Source: an uncultured Gammaproteobacteria bacterium
Lineage (GTDB): Bacteria; Patescibacteriota; Microgenomatia; UBA8517
NCBI GenBank assembly: GCA_964489145.1
Contig: CAZAXL010000004.1
Location: 8,176 to 72,175 of the forward strand
Length of the DNA stretch: 64,000 nt
Reading direction: 5' to 3'
In this document: positions 56,802-64,000 of the stretch, in pieces
Position numbering within the stretch: position 1 is the stretch's first letter
How the letters are laid out: each line of letters begins with the position of its first letter
Program-made: the position numbers and the translations under genes
The notes under the pieces: model-generated
Told to the model about the DNA's origin: nothing
Database searches by the model: none
The model's input: only the letters and a program-made list of their open reading frames with translations

Positions 56802-57151
56802 TAAAGTGTTGGAATTACCGGATTAAGAATAAAATCCCATTTGCCAAAAATCAATTGACCAAAGAGTGCTGCGAGAACAAAGGCTCCTGCTGAAAATGCA
56901 AGTCCTAATGCTGTTTGCCAAATCTTTGCCCAAGCTCCTGCAACTTTTTTGGGGTCATCCCCTGCGGACATAAATGCGTATCCGGCCAAAACAAAATTAA
57001 ATAAAGCATATATTGAGGCTCCTATTATCAAAATCCAAATAACCTTTTGTATCAATGCTCCGATAGCCACACCCGGTTCCCCACTATACTTTTCCAAACC
57101 CGATGGGGGAGGAATGACTCCAAAAGGATTTGCTGCTAATAATTTTGTCAT
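56801..57151 (-). CDS. VirB2/TrbC-like pilin 4
   Basis: AGYAFMSAGDDPKKVAGAWAKIWQTALGL. Confidence 0.82.
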   Translation of the reverse strand: MTKLLAANPFGVIPPPSGLEKYSGEPGVAIGALIQKVIWILIIGASIYALFNFVLAGYAFMSAGDDPKKVAGAWAKIWQTALGLAFSAGAFVLAALFGQLIFGKWDFILNPVIPTL

Positions 57152-57152
57152 T

Positions 57153-57461
57153 TTAGAAAATAAGATTTTGTACCCCCAAAAGAGAACTAACCAATTTTAC
57201 TATCCAATAGGATGTAAATACAATAACAAAGCCGATTACGGCCGAAGTAATAGTTTTTTTAGCTTGCTCGGCTTTCTGGGGATCGCTTTGTCCTGCGCTT
57301 CCTATCATGCCGATCCCTCCCAGGATAAAAAAGAAAAGGAGAATGAGACCCGCAAGAACAAAAGCAATATTTAAGAAAAGTGAAACCACAGAACCTATCC
57401 CTGTAATGTTTTTGAAAGCACTTAAACCAGATTTTCCTAGAAAGGCATCACCTATATTCAT
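57153..57461 (-). CDS. VirB2/TrbC-like pilin 3
   Basis: GGIGMIGSAGQSDPQKAEQAKKTITSAVIGF. Confidence 0.85.
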   Translation of the reverse strand: MNIGDAFLGKSGLSAFKNITGIGSVVSLFLNIAFVLAGLILLFFFILGGIGMIGSAGQSDPQKAEQAKKTITSAVIGFVIVFTSYWIVKLVSSLLGVQNLIF

Positions 57462-57526
57462 ACTACAATTTTATTGTAAAGCCATTTTATTATAATAGAC
57501 CTTCTGAAGCAAGTCAGTGTAGATTG

Positions 57527-57859
57527 TTATTTTCCACCGAAGATTTGACTAAAAAAAGTACCTTCAAGACCAAGAACCTGCCCAAAAATTTGGACGATTG
57601 TGAAGGCAAAAAAGACAATAATAAAACCAATCACGGCATTCGTGATTTTTGTTTGAGCAGATTGCATAGCTTTGGGGTCTCCTCTTGAGGTCATCATTTG
57701 CAGGCCGCCGATCACTAGATAAATCAGAAGTGCGACTCCGGCTGCACCAAATATATATGGAAGTATCATACTAATGACATCCCCAACTTTTGCTTCTCCG
57801 CCAAATTTAAAATTTGGAAATGCGCGTGTTTGTATATCGTCAAAATTTTGTGCAAGCAT
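57527..57859 (-). CDS. VirB2/TrbC-like pilin 2
   Basis: GGLQMMTSRGDPKAMQSAQTKITNAVIGF. Start placed at MLAQ (57859). Confidence 0.85.
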   Translation of the reverse strand: MLAQNFDDIQTRAFPNFKFGGEAKVGDVISMILPYIFGAAGVALLIYLVIGGLQMMTSRGDPKAMQSAQTKITNAVIGFIIVFFAFTIVQIFGQVLGLEGTFFSQIFGGK

Positions 57860-57860
57860 G

Positions 57861-58268
57861 TTATTTTCCAAAACCAAATTTATCCAATCCCAGTATATCA
57901 ACTCCGATAAACTTAAGTATGAATATCGAAAAAATCAAAAGAATAAGCCCTGCAATGGCCGAAGTTAAAAGTTCCTGGCCGGCTTTCAATCTTTCGGGGT
58001 TCCCTGAGGCTGTCATGGTCATAAACCCGGCATAAAGCATCAGGAGAAACGCAATTCCTCCCCCGATGCCAACTCCCCAATTGAGGACGAAAGATATGAA
58101 TTCGGACTGATTAAATACCGGAATACATCCGATTGCCGTATTAAGCTCTGTTCCTAAAAAATCACAATATTTAGAGTCCATAGACTGAGCCCTAATGGGT
58201 GTTGGGGCCAAAAATATGTTGACAAACAGAAACATTAGGGGAAATACACTTCCCAAGAATCTTTTCAT
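57861..58268 (-). CDS. VirB2/TrbC-like pilin 1 (signal peptide and Cys pair)
   Basis: Signal peptide ..PIRA-Q, C..TAIGCIP, AGFMTMTASGNPERLKAGQELLTSAIAGL. Confidence 0.85.
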   Translation of the reverse strand: MKRFLGSVFPLMFLFVNIFLAPTPIRAQSMDSKYCDFLGTELNTAIGCIPVFNQSEFISFVLNWGVGIGGGIAFLLMLYAGFMTMTASGNPERLKAGQELLTSAIAGLILLIFSIFILKFIGVDILGLDKFGFGK

Positions 58269-58347
58269 TATTAATATTTTAACTCAACTGAATAAAAAGA
58301 AAAGAGCGGGCCTGTTATAATAGATTGCCGTGGGTGGCCAATTAAAA

Positions 58348-60075
58348 ATGAAGAATTTAAAATTTAAAATTAAACAAAGAGCTTTCAAGAGGCTGGTTTT
58401 GGTTGCAGTCCTGGTTTTTGTTTTTTCATTCTTCACCTTTACTTTTGTAAAGGCTCAGGATTGCGGAACGGACCTTGATTGTCAAATATCTCAGATTCAA
58501 AAGGAAATTGACGCACTTTCTCCGGCTCAGGAAAAGAATAAACAGGATTTGACAGCGCTTAATAAACAAATTGCCGACCTGAACTTTAAGATTTCAAAAT
58601 TAACATCGCAACTCAAATCTCTTGAAATACAGATCTCCGGCAGAGAAAAAGATTTAGTCTACACAAAAGCAATATTTGATGAAAAGGCAAAAGGGCACTA
58701 TACATTTTTGAGGCTTTACGACCCAATTACTCCGTTTCTTTTCTCCGACAGTGCGTCGCAAGCTTTTCAGGAAATTGTAATGCGGCAAAAAGCGGCTGAT
58801 TCTGACAGAAAGGTGATGGAGGAGTATGCAACTGATTTATCTTCTTTAAAAACAGACAAAGAAACTTTAGAAAAAAGCAAAGTAAGTCTTTCCTCTCTCC
58901 AATCACAAGTTGCTGAAAAACAAAAGTTTTTGGCAGGAGAAGTTGCAAAAGTGGACAGCTACCTTTCGACCCTCTCAGCGAAACAGAACGAACTCGCTGC
59001 CCTCAAGGCAGGCGGATTCCAGACCTCAATCGGTGATACCCCTCCAACTCTTGAGCCATGTAGTGGTCCTCCCGGATCATCCGCGTTTTGCAATCCTGGT
59101 TTCTCTCCCGCCTTTGCTGCATTTTCTTTTGGTGCACCCCATAGAACTGGCATGAGTCAGTATGGCGCTTATGGAAGAAGCAAATCTGGGCAATCCGCGG
59201 AAACGATTCTTTCGGCTTATTATCAAGGTGCTTCGTTAAATAAGAGTTACCCCACATCTACAAACATATGTGTTGGATCGAGTAAATCGAGTTGTACAAA
59301 TGTGGATCTGGAAACCTATGTAAAAAGAATATATGAGGTTCCAAATAGTTGGGGAGACAACAATGGTATGGAGGCGTTGAAAGCCCAGGCGGTGGCAGCC
59401 CGTTCGTATGCTCTTTATCAGATGAAAGGTGTTGGATATATCTGCTCTACCGAATCCTGTCAGGTATATAAGCCGTCAAATAAGGGTGGAAATTGGGAGA
59501 CAGCAGTAAATGCTACTCCTGGCTGGGTTCTAGAAAAAGGAGGGAGTCCGGCGGCTGCTTACTTCTCGGCGAGTACGGGTGGTTACACAATTTCTCAGTG
59601 GGGCTGGAGTGGAATTAAAGATGCTTCAGGAAATTGGCCAGATACGGCTTATGAAAAAATCGGGGGATCGCCCTGGTTTTATAAAGGCTGGTATAAAAGT
59701 CGCGGTGGGGCAACTTGTGGACGAAATAATCCCTGGCTAACCTCTGAGGAGATGGCGGATATCCTGAACGCATGGAGGGTTTTACATGATGGAGCCGGTG
59801 GAGATAAATCAAGAATAGTCCCTGTGTCCTGTTGGGGAGGTAATCCTTATTCGATGCAAGAACTAAGAGATATTGGGGGAATAACTAGTGTGTCAAATGT
59901 GTCAGTTGTTTATTCGAATGAGGGAAAAACACTATCCGCTTCTTTCTCGACAAATAAAGGTACGATTACGGTACAGGGATGGCAATTGTCAGACTCGAAA
60001 GAAGGAGCATTCAATCTTAGAGCTCCTGGATATATCGGTTTAAAAAGTTCACTTTTCAACATAGAGAAGTTTTAA
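58348..60075 (+). CDS. Secreted coiled-coil protein with SpoIID/LytB lytic transglycosylase domain
   Basis: Signal peptide, long coiled coil, HRTGMSQYGA, ILSAYY, EALKAQAVAARSYA, ICSTESCQVY, FSASTGG. Confidence 0.85.
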   Translation: MKNLKFKIKQRAFKRLVLVAVLVFVFSFFTFTFVKAQDCGTDLDCQISQIQKEIDALSPAQEKNKQDLTALNKQIADLNFKISKLTSQLKSLEIQISGREKDLVYTKAIFDEKAKGHYTFLRLYDPITPFLFSDSASQAFQEIVMRQKAADSDRKVMEEYATDLSSLKTDKETLEKSKVSLSSLQSQVAEKQKFLAGEVAKVDSYLSTLSAKQNELAALKAGGFQTSIGDTPPTLEPCSGPPGSSAFCNPGFSPAFAAFSFGAPHRTGMSQYGAYGRSKSGQSAETILSAYYQGASLNKSYPTSTNICVGSSKSSCTNVDLETYVKRIYEVPNSWGDNNGMEALKAQAVAARSYALYQMKGVGYICSTESCQVYKPSNKGGNWETAVNATPGWVLEKGGSPAAAYFSASTGGYTISQWGWSGIKDASGNWPDTAYEKIGGSPWFYKGWYKSRGGATCGRNNPWLTSEEMADILNAWRVLHDGAGGDKSRIVPVSCWGGNPYSMQELRDIGGITSVSNVSVVYSNEGKTLSASFSTNKGTITVQGWQLSDSKEGAFNLRAPGYIGLKSSLFNIEKF

Positions 60076-60126
60076 AAGACAGAAAGTGAAAAACTTTTAG
60101 TTTTGAGATGATATAATCATCCTAGA

Positions 60127-60744
60127 ATGCCTGAGATATTTGTTTCCCCAGATAAAGAGGTTGGTAAAATACCTACAACAGAAACCCAAAAAAGTACCTT
60201 TGGAAGCCATTCACACAACCGCTTTTCAGCTTTCAATCTCTACCCGGATGGTATAAATTTTGAGACGAAAGAAAAAGAAGAAAAGGTAATTTTAATGCTT
60301 AGGCAGCATCCGGTGGTTAACCTTAAGTGGATTCTCATTACACTCCTTCTATTGACCGGTCCGTCGGTTTTAGCAGGAATAGGCGTGACTTCGTTTTTAC
60401 CGATAGGATATCAAGTGATTCTTTCCCTTGTTTGGTATTTGTTTACCACGACCTATGCTATTGAAGGATTTTTGGGATGGTATTTTAATGTGTACTTTGT
60501 TACTACCCGAAGAGTAATAGATGTTGATTTTTTTAATCTGATAGATAAAAGAGTATCGGATGCGGAAATTGAAAAAATACAGGATGTTAGTTATACGACT
60601 AAAGGCGTTTTAGGAACTACTTTAAATTTTGGTGATGTGATGATTCAAACAGCATCGGAAGTTCAGGAATTTGATTTTGGGAGGGTTCCGAAACCGGAAA
60701 AGGTTGCCAAAATACTGAATGATCTTAGAGCAAATGTACACTAA
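60127..60744 (+). CDS. Membrane protein with bacterial PH domain
   Basis: LRQHP, two TMs, VTTRRVID, IQDVSY, NFGDVMIQTA. Confidence 0.75.
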   Translation: MPEIFVSPDKEVGKIPTTETQKSTFGSHSHNRFSAFNLYPDGINFETKEKEEKVILMLRQHPVVNLKWILITLLLLTGPSVLAGIGVTSFLPIGYQVILSLVWYLFTTTYAIEGFLGWYFNVYFVTTRRVIDVDFFNLIDKRVSDAEIEKIQDVSYTTKGVLGTTLNFGDVMIQTASEVQEFDFGRVPKPEKVAKILNDLRANVH

Positions 60745-60749
60745 ATAAT

Positions 60750-60974
60750 ATGGAAAATTTAATTTTACCTGGTTTTGATATCTGGATTGTGATAAAAATA
60801 TTTTCCCTGATAATTTTGGGGATGTATATAATTTTTGCGTTTGTTATAACAAGGCAGGTTAAACTTATGACGGAAACACTTACCTTGGGTTTTGAGCCAA
60901 TTGTCAAAATTTTGTCGCTTTTCCATTTGATATTTGCAATTTTAGTTTTTCTGGCTGCAATAATAGTTCTTTAG
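60750..60974 (+). CDS. Small two-TM hypothetical protein
   Basis: YIIFAFVITRQVKLMTETL; fills the gap between genes. Confidence 0.65.
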   Translation: MENLILPGFDIWIVIKIFSLIILGMYIIFAFVITRQVKLMTETLTLGFEPIVKILSLFHLIFAILVFLAAIIVL

Positions 60975-60975
60975 A

Positions 60976-62868
60976 ATGTTGAGAATAACTAGCGCTAAAG
61001 TTACCGCTTCTCCGGGAGTTTCAGGTTGGGTTCAGATTCATGGATTTACTCCAGGAGAACCCGAGAAATTAAAGACCAGAGGACAACTTTTTGTGGTTGT
61101 TGCTTCAAAAAACGGAAAGGAAGGAATTGAGGCAATCTCTTTTGAAAGGGAAATTGTCGGAAGACTTCGTGAAGAATACTATAACGAGTCCCAAGAAAAA
61201 GCGTTTGACGCGTTAAGAGGTGCAACCCAAAGGGTTATTGCTGAATTCGGTGCCAATGCAACCGACCTTGAAATTGCCTGTTGTGCCTTTGCGGACGGAG
61301 TTGTTTACTCCGCGGCCATAGGGGGAAGCAGGGTTCTTATCAGTCGCGACGGATCTTTAGCTACAATTTTAGAAAGTGGCAGCGAAGTTATCACATCCTC
61401 AGGGTTTCCCAAGAATGAAGACATAATTCTTGTCGGAACAAAACCTTTTTTTGAAAAAGTTTCATCAACCAGCATCAAAAACAGTTTAATTGCCAAAAAT
61501 CCGGAATCTTCCGTTGAGGAACTGACGCCGCTTGTTTATGGGGGAAACGAGATCGGTACTGCCGGGGCTATCATAATTAAGTTTGAAGAAGGATCTGAAT
61601 CCGAGAATATCTTTATACCCGCTCAACCCGAAGTTTTGAGAAGTGAAACCACCCCTGTTGCCGGAAAGCAAGGCATCGATTTAAAACAAAAATTTTCCGG
61701 TTTTTTTGACAAAATTGGTAAAAAATTTCCCAGAAGAAATATATATATAAAACCGGGTATTCAGGACGAAGCTGTCTCACAAAGCCGTAAACTCACCCTT
61801 TCCGTCGGCGTAATACTTCTTGTAATTTTAGTTGTCAGTATAGGCTTTGGTGTAAGACAGAAAAAAATGAATGATCTGAAAAAAGAATACCAGGATCTTC
61901 TTACTCAGGCGACAAGCGAAGTTGAACAGGCAATTAGTCTTGCCAGTGTCAACCCTGACGAGTCCAGGCAGCTGTTTTTAGATAGTGAACAAAAATTGGT
62001 GCAAATTCAGGCGCTAAAAGTTAAAGATCCAAAAATTGATGAATTACAGAAAAGGATTGAAGACAGCCGTGCTGCGGTTTTGGGGGAATACGCGGCAGAG
62101 CCGGAGCTTTTTTTGGATCTTGGGCTTTTGTCATCCGGATTTAAAGGAGATACGGTTTCTTCTTCAGGGGGAAATATTTATGTTCTTGATAAAGTCGGTG
62201 CCAGAGTGGTCAGTATTGCCGTAGATACTAAAAAAAGCAAAATAGTTGCCGGCCCTGCCGTTATCGAGAACCCGCTTGACCTGGCCGCATATGAAAATAG
62301 TGTTTATGTCCTTCTTTCCGATGGAATTTATCTGGTTGGATCTCAAAAAACCAAGGTTATCGATAAGGTTTGGTCCGGGGATGCCCTGATTTATTCATTT
62401 GCGGGCAATTTGTATGTGCTCGATAAGGCCGGAAATATGATTTACAGATATTCGGGACAGACCGGAAACACTTTTGGGAGCCAGCAGAACTGGTTGTCAG
62501 GTTCGACCCGGGCTGACTTTTCCGGGGCGCTTGGATGGGGAATGAATGGGGCTATCTATGTGCTCTATCCCCAATCAAGAATTTTGAAATATAGCCTGGG
62601 GTCTCCCCAAAGCTTTTCAATTTCGGGGGTAACTCCTGAGGTGGGTAACATAGATGCTATATATGCAGACCCCGATAATCAATATGTTTATCTTTTGGAT
62701 AAAGCCGGAAAACGAATAGTGGTTATCGACAGGAACGGAAAATATAAAGCTCAATATATAAACGACCAGATCTCCGGCGTATCAAGACTGATGGTTTCGG
62801 AGGAGCAGAAGAAAATAATACTTCTCACAGGGGAAAAACTTCTTTCAATGGAGATTAAGCATCTCTGA
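60976..62868 (+). CDS. Single-pass protein: PP2C-like N-terminal fold and extracellular beta-propeller
   Basis: GQLFVV, VYSAAIGGSRVLISRDG, DIILVGT; TM; repeated NIYVLD/NLYVLD/YVYLLD blades. Confidence 0.6.
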   Translation: MLRITSAKVTASPGVSGWVQIHGFTPGEPEKLKTRGQLFVVVASKNGKEGIEAISFEREIVGRLREEYYNESQEKAFDALRGATQRVIAEFGANATDLEIACCAFADGVVYSAAIGGSRVLISRDGSLATILESGSEVITSSGFPKNEDIILVGTKPFFEKVSSTSIKNSLIAKNPESSVEELTPLVYGGNEIGTAGAIIIKFEEGSESENIFIPAQPEVLRSETTPVAGKQGIDLKQKFSGFFDKIGKKFPRRNIYIKPGIQDEAVSQSRKLTLSVGVILLVILVVSIGFGVRQKKMNDLKKEYQDLLTQATSEVEQAISLASVNPDESRQLFLDSEQKLVQIQALKVKDPKIDELQKRIEDSRAAVLGEYAAEPELFLDLGLLSSGFKGDTVSSSGGNIYVLDKVGARVVSIAVDTKKSKIVAGPAVIENPLDLAAYENSVYVLLSDGIYLVGSQKTKVIDKVWSGDALIYSFAGNLYVLDKAGNMIYRYSGQTGNTFGSQQNWLSGSTRADFSGALGWGMNGAIYVLYPQSRILKYSLGSPQSFSISGVTPEVGNIDAIYADPDNQYVYLLDKAGKRIVVIDRNGKYKAQYINDQISGVSRLMVSEEQKKIILLTGEKLLSMEIKHL

Positions 62869-62901
62869 TGAAAAATGTCTTTAATGCTAAAATAGGGTAA
62901 G

Positions 62902-63336
62902 GTGAAAATCTTCAACAAAAGAGCGAAATTTGAATATGAGCTTACCGGTGAAGGGGTTGAGGCAGGGATTTCCCTTTTGGGAGCCGAGGCTAAATCTGTG
63001 CGTGAAGGAAGAGTCGATATTTCCCAGTCAGCGGTTAGGATTTTGAATGATGAAATGTATTTGATTAATGCAAATATTCCTGCTGCCGGGTTGACCAAAC
63101 ATGACTCGACCCGCATGAGAAAGCTTTTGCTTCACAGGGCCGAAATACTCTCACTTATTACCAAAATGAAGCAGAAAAGGTTGCAAATTGTGCCTCTTAG
63201 GGTATACAATAAAGGTCGCTTAATTAAGCTTTACCTTGAGCTTGGGAAGGGTAAGCGCAAGTTCGAAAAGAAGGAAGCTCTTAAGCGTCACGACATAAAC
63301 CGAGACATAGAAAAGGAACTCAAGGGTTCGATTTAA
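62902..63336 (+). CDS. smpB: SsrA-binding protein SmpB
   Basis: NKRAKFEY, EAGISLLGAEAKS, RKLLLH, GKGKRKFEKK; adjacent to tmRNA. Confidence 0.96.
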   Translation: MKIFNKRAKFEYELTGEGVEAGISLLGAEAKSVREGRVDISQSAVRILNDEMYLINANIPAAGLTKHDSTRMRKLLLHRAEILSLITKMKQKRLQIVPLRVYNKGRLIKLYLELGKGKRKFEKKEALKRHDINRDIEKELKGSI

Positions 63337-63339
63337 GTC

Positions 63340-63699
63340 GGGGACGATCGGTCTCGACGGAAAGCTCTTTACAATACTGCAAGCCAAGTTTGATCAACAC
63401 TTGTCAAAAGAGATCAAAAAACAAAAGCTAACTCTAACAGGTCAGCTTCAGCTAACTACGCATTAGCGTACGCTTAACTGACGTCCTTAGATTTGATTCT
63501 CGGTTGAATCGAAAGGGTGTAAACCAATCCGGGATGCCATTCAAATTTTTAACTAGAGATTTAAATGAAAGAATTTTAGTTTTACTTTAAACCGTCCTGT
63601 TAGTTGGTTAGGTTTAGAGGACATAAAATAAACTAAATAAGCTTGTAGAAGTGTTGTTTTAAGTATTTTCGGACGCGGGTTCGATTCCCGCCGTCTCCA
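63340..63699 (+). ncRNA. ssrA: tmRNA; predicted tag ANSNRSASANYALAYA* (63427-63477)
   Basis: 5' GGGGACG pairs with 3' CGTCTCC-A (G3:U70 alanine identity); 5' TCGAC; 3' GGACGCGGGTTCGATTCCCGC T arm; internal tag ORF; directly after smpB. Confidence 0.93.
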
Positions 63700-63705
63700 C
63701 AAAGC

Positions 63706-63733
63706 AAAAACCCGCTTTATCGGCGGGTTTTTT
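63706..63733 (+). terminator. Intrinsic (potentially bidirectional) terminator after ssrA
   Basis: AAAAACCCGC-TTTATCG-GCGGGTTTTTT. Confidence 0.85.
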
Positions 63734-63751
63734 AGTGGAAAAATGTTCTAA

Positions 63752-64000
63752 ATGGGTATTTTGGATTTTGTTTTTCCCAAAAGTTGTTTCGGATGCGGCA
63801 GGGAGGGGAGATATTTATGTCTAAATTGTATTGCAAAATGTCTTTCGGCCAAATCAATTTGTCCATATTGCAAACACCCTTCAATTGATGGAGCCACACA
63901 CATAAATTGCAGAAAAAAACTGGGAATTGATGGCTTAACTTCAGTTTGGGAATACGAAGGGGTTATTAGAAAGGCAATACTTTCTCTTAAATATAAATAC
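63752..64000 (+). CDS. comF: ComF family competence protein, N-terminal part (runs off the window)
   Basis: Manual translation MGILDFVFPKSCFGCG...LCLNC...ICPYC...YEGVIRKAILSLKYKY (double zinc ribbon). Confidence 0.88.
   Translation, partial: MGILDFVFPKSCFGCGREGRYLCLNCIAKCLSAKSICPYCKHPSIDGATHINCRKKLGIDGLTSVWEYEGVIRKAILSLKYKY

Noticed and set aside
41296-58268. Integrative conjugative element or prophage
   Set aside because: No integrase, relaxase, att repeats or phage genes are visible, and composition and promoter style match the flanks. A distant relaxase cannot be excluded.
1-64000. Alternative genetic code (UGA recoding as in Gracilibacteria/Absconditabacteria)
   Set aside because: Conserved genes are full length under code 11, and TGA serves as a stop (rmuC, dnaA, tsaD).

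Overview
Chromosomal origin region of a small-genome Patescibacteria (CPR) bacterium. Gene content and style suggest Microgenomates (inference). It uses the standard genetic code and is AT-rich and gene-dense. Left part: DNA repair helicases (pcrA, a UvrD/PD-(D/E)XK helicase-nuclease, rmuC), two FemABX-type transferases, a surface-glycan cluster, metG, tRNA-Cys, groES/groEL with a CIRCE operator, a TsaC-TsaE fusion next to tsaD, valS and rplY. Centre: the jag-yidC-yidD-rnpA-rpmH / dnaA-oriC-dnaN block, with DnaA boxes, DnaA-trio-like repeats and four perfect 26-bp tandem repeats in the dnaA-dnaN spacer. Right part: a roughly 17-kb type IV secretion-like locus directly after dnaN (VirB4 ATPase, PrgI, VirB6-like, eight tandem VirB2-like pilins, a glycine-zipper/HExxH protein, a lysozyme-like protein and a large orphan; no relaxase, coupling protein or integrase in view), then SpoIID/LytB, smpB, tmRNA and a partial comF. 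Signals not explained by the ORF track: a 129-bp hairpin-rich IS200/IS605-like miniature element inserted in frame in an O-antigen-ligase-like gene; a REP-like palindrome array; recurring 7-nt-period AATTnnn tracts inside genes; apparently leaderless promoters; and a structured leader before an M23 peptidase. All product calls come from motif recognition by eye; no database search was run.
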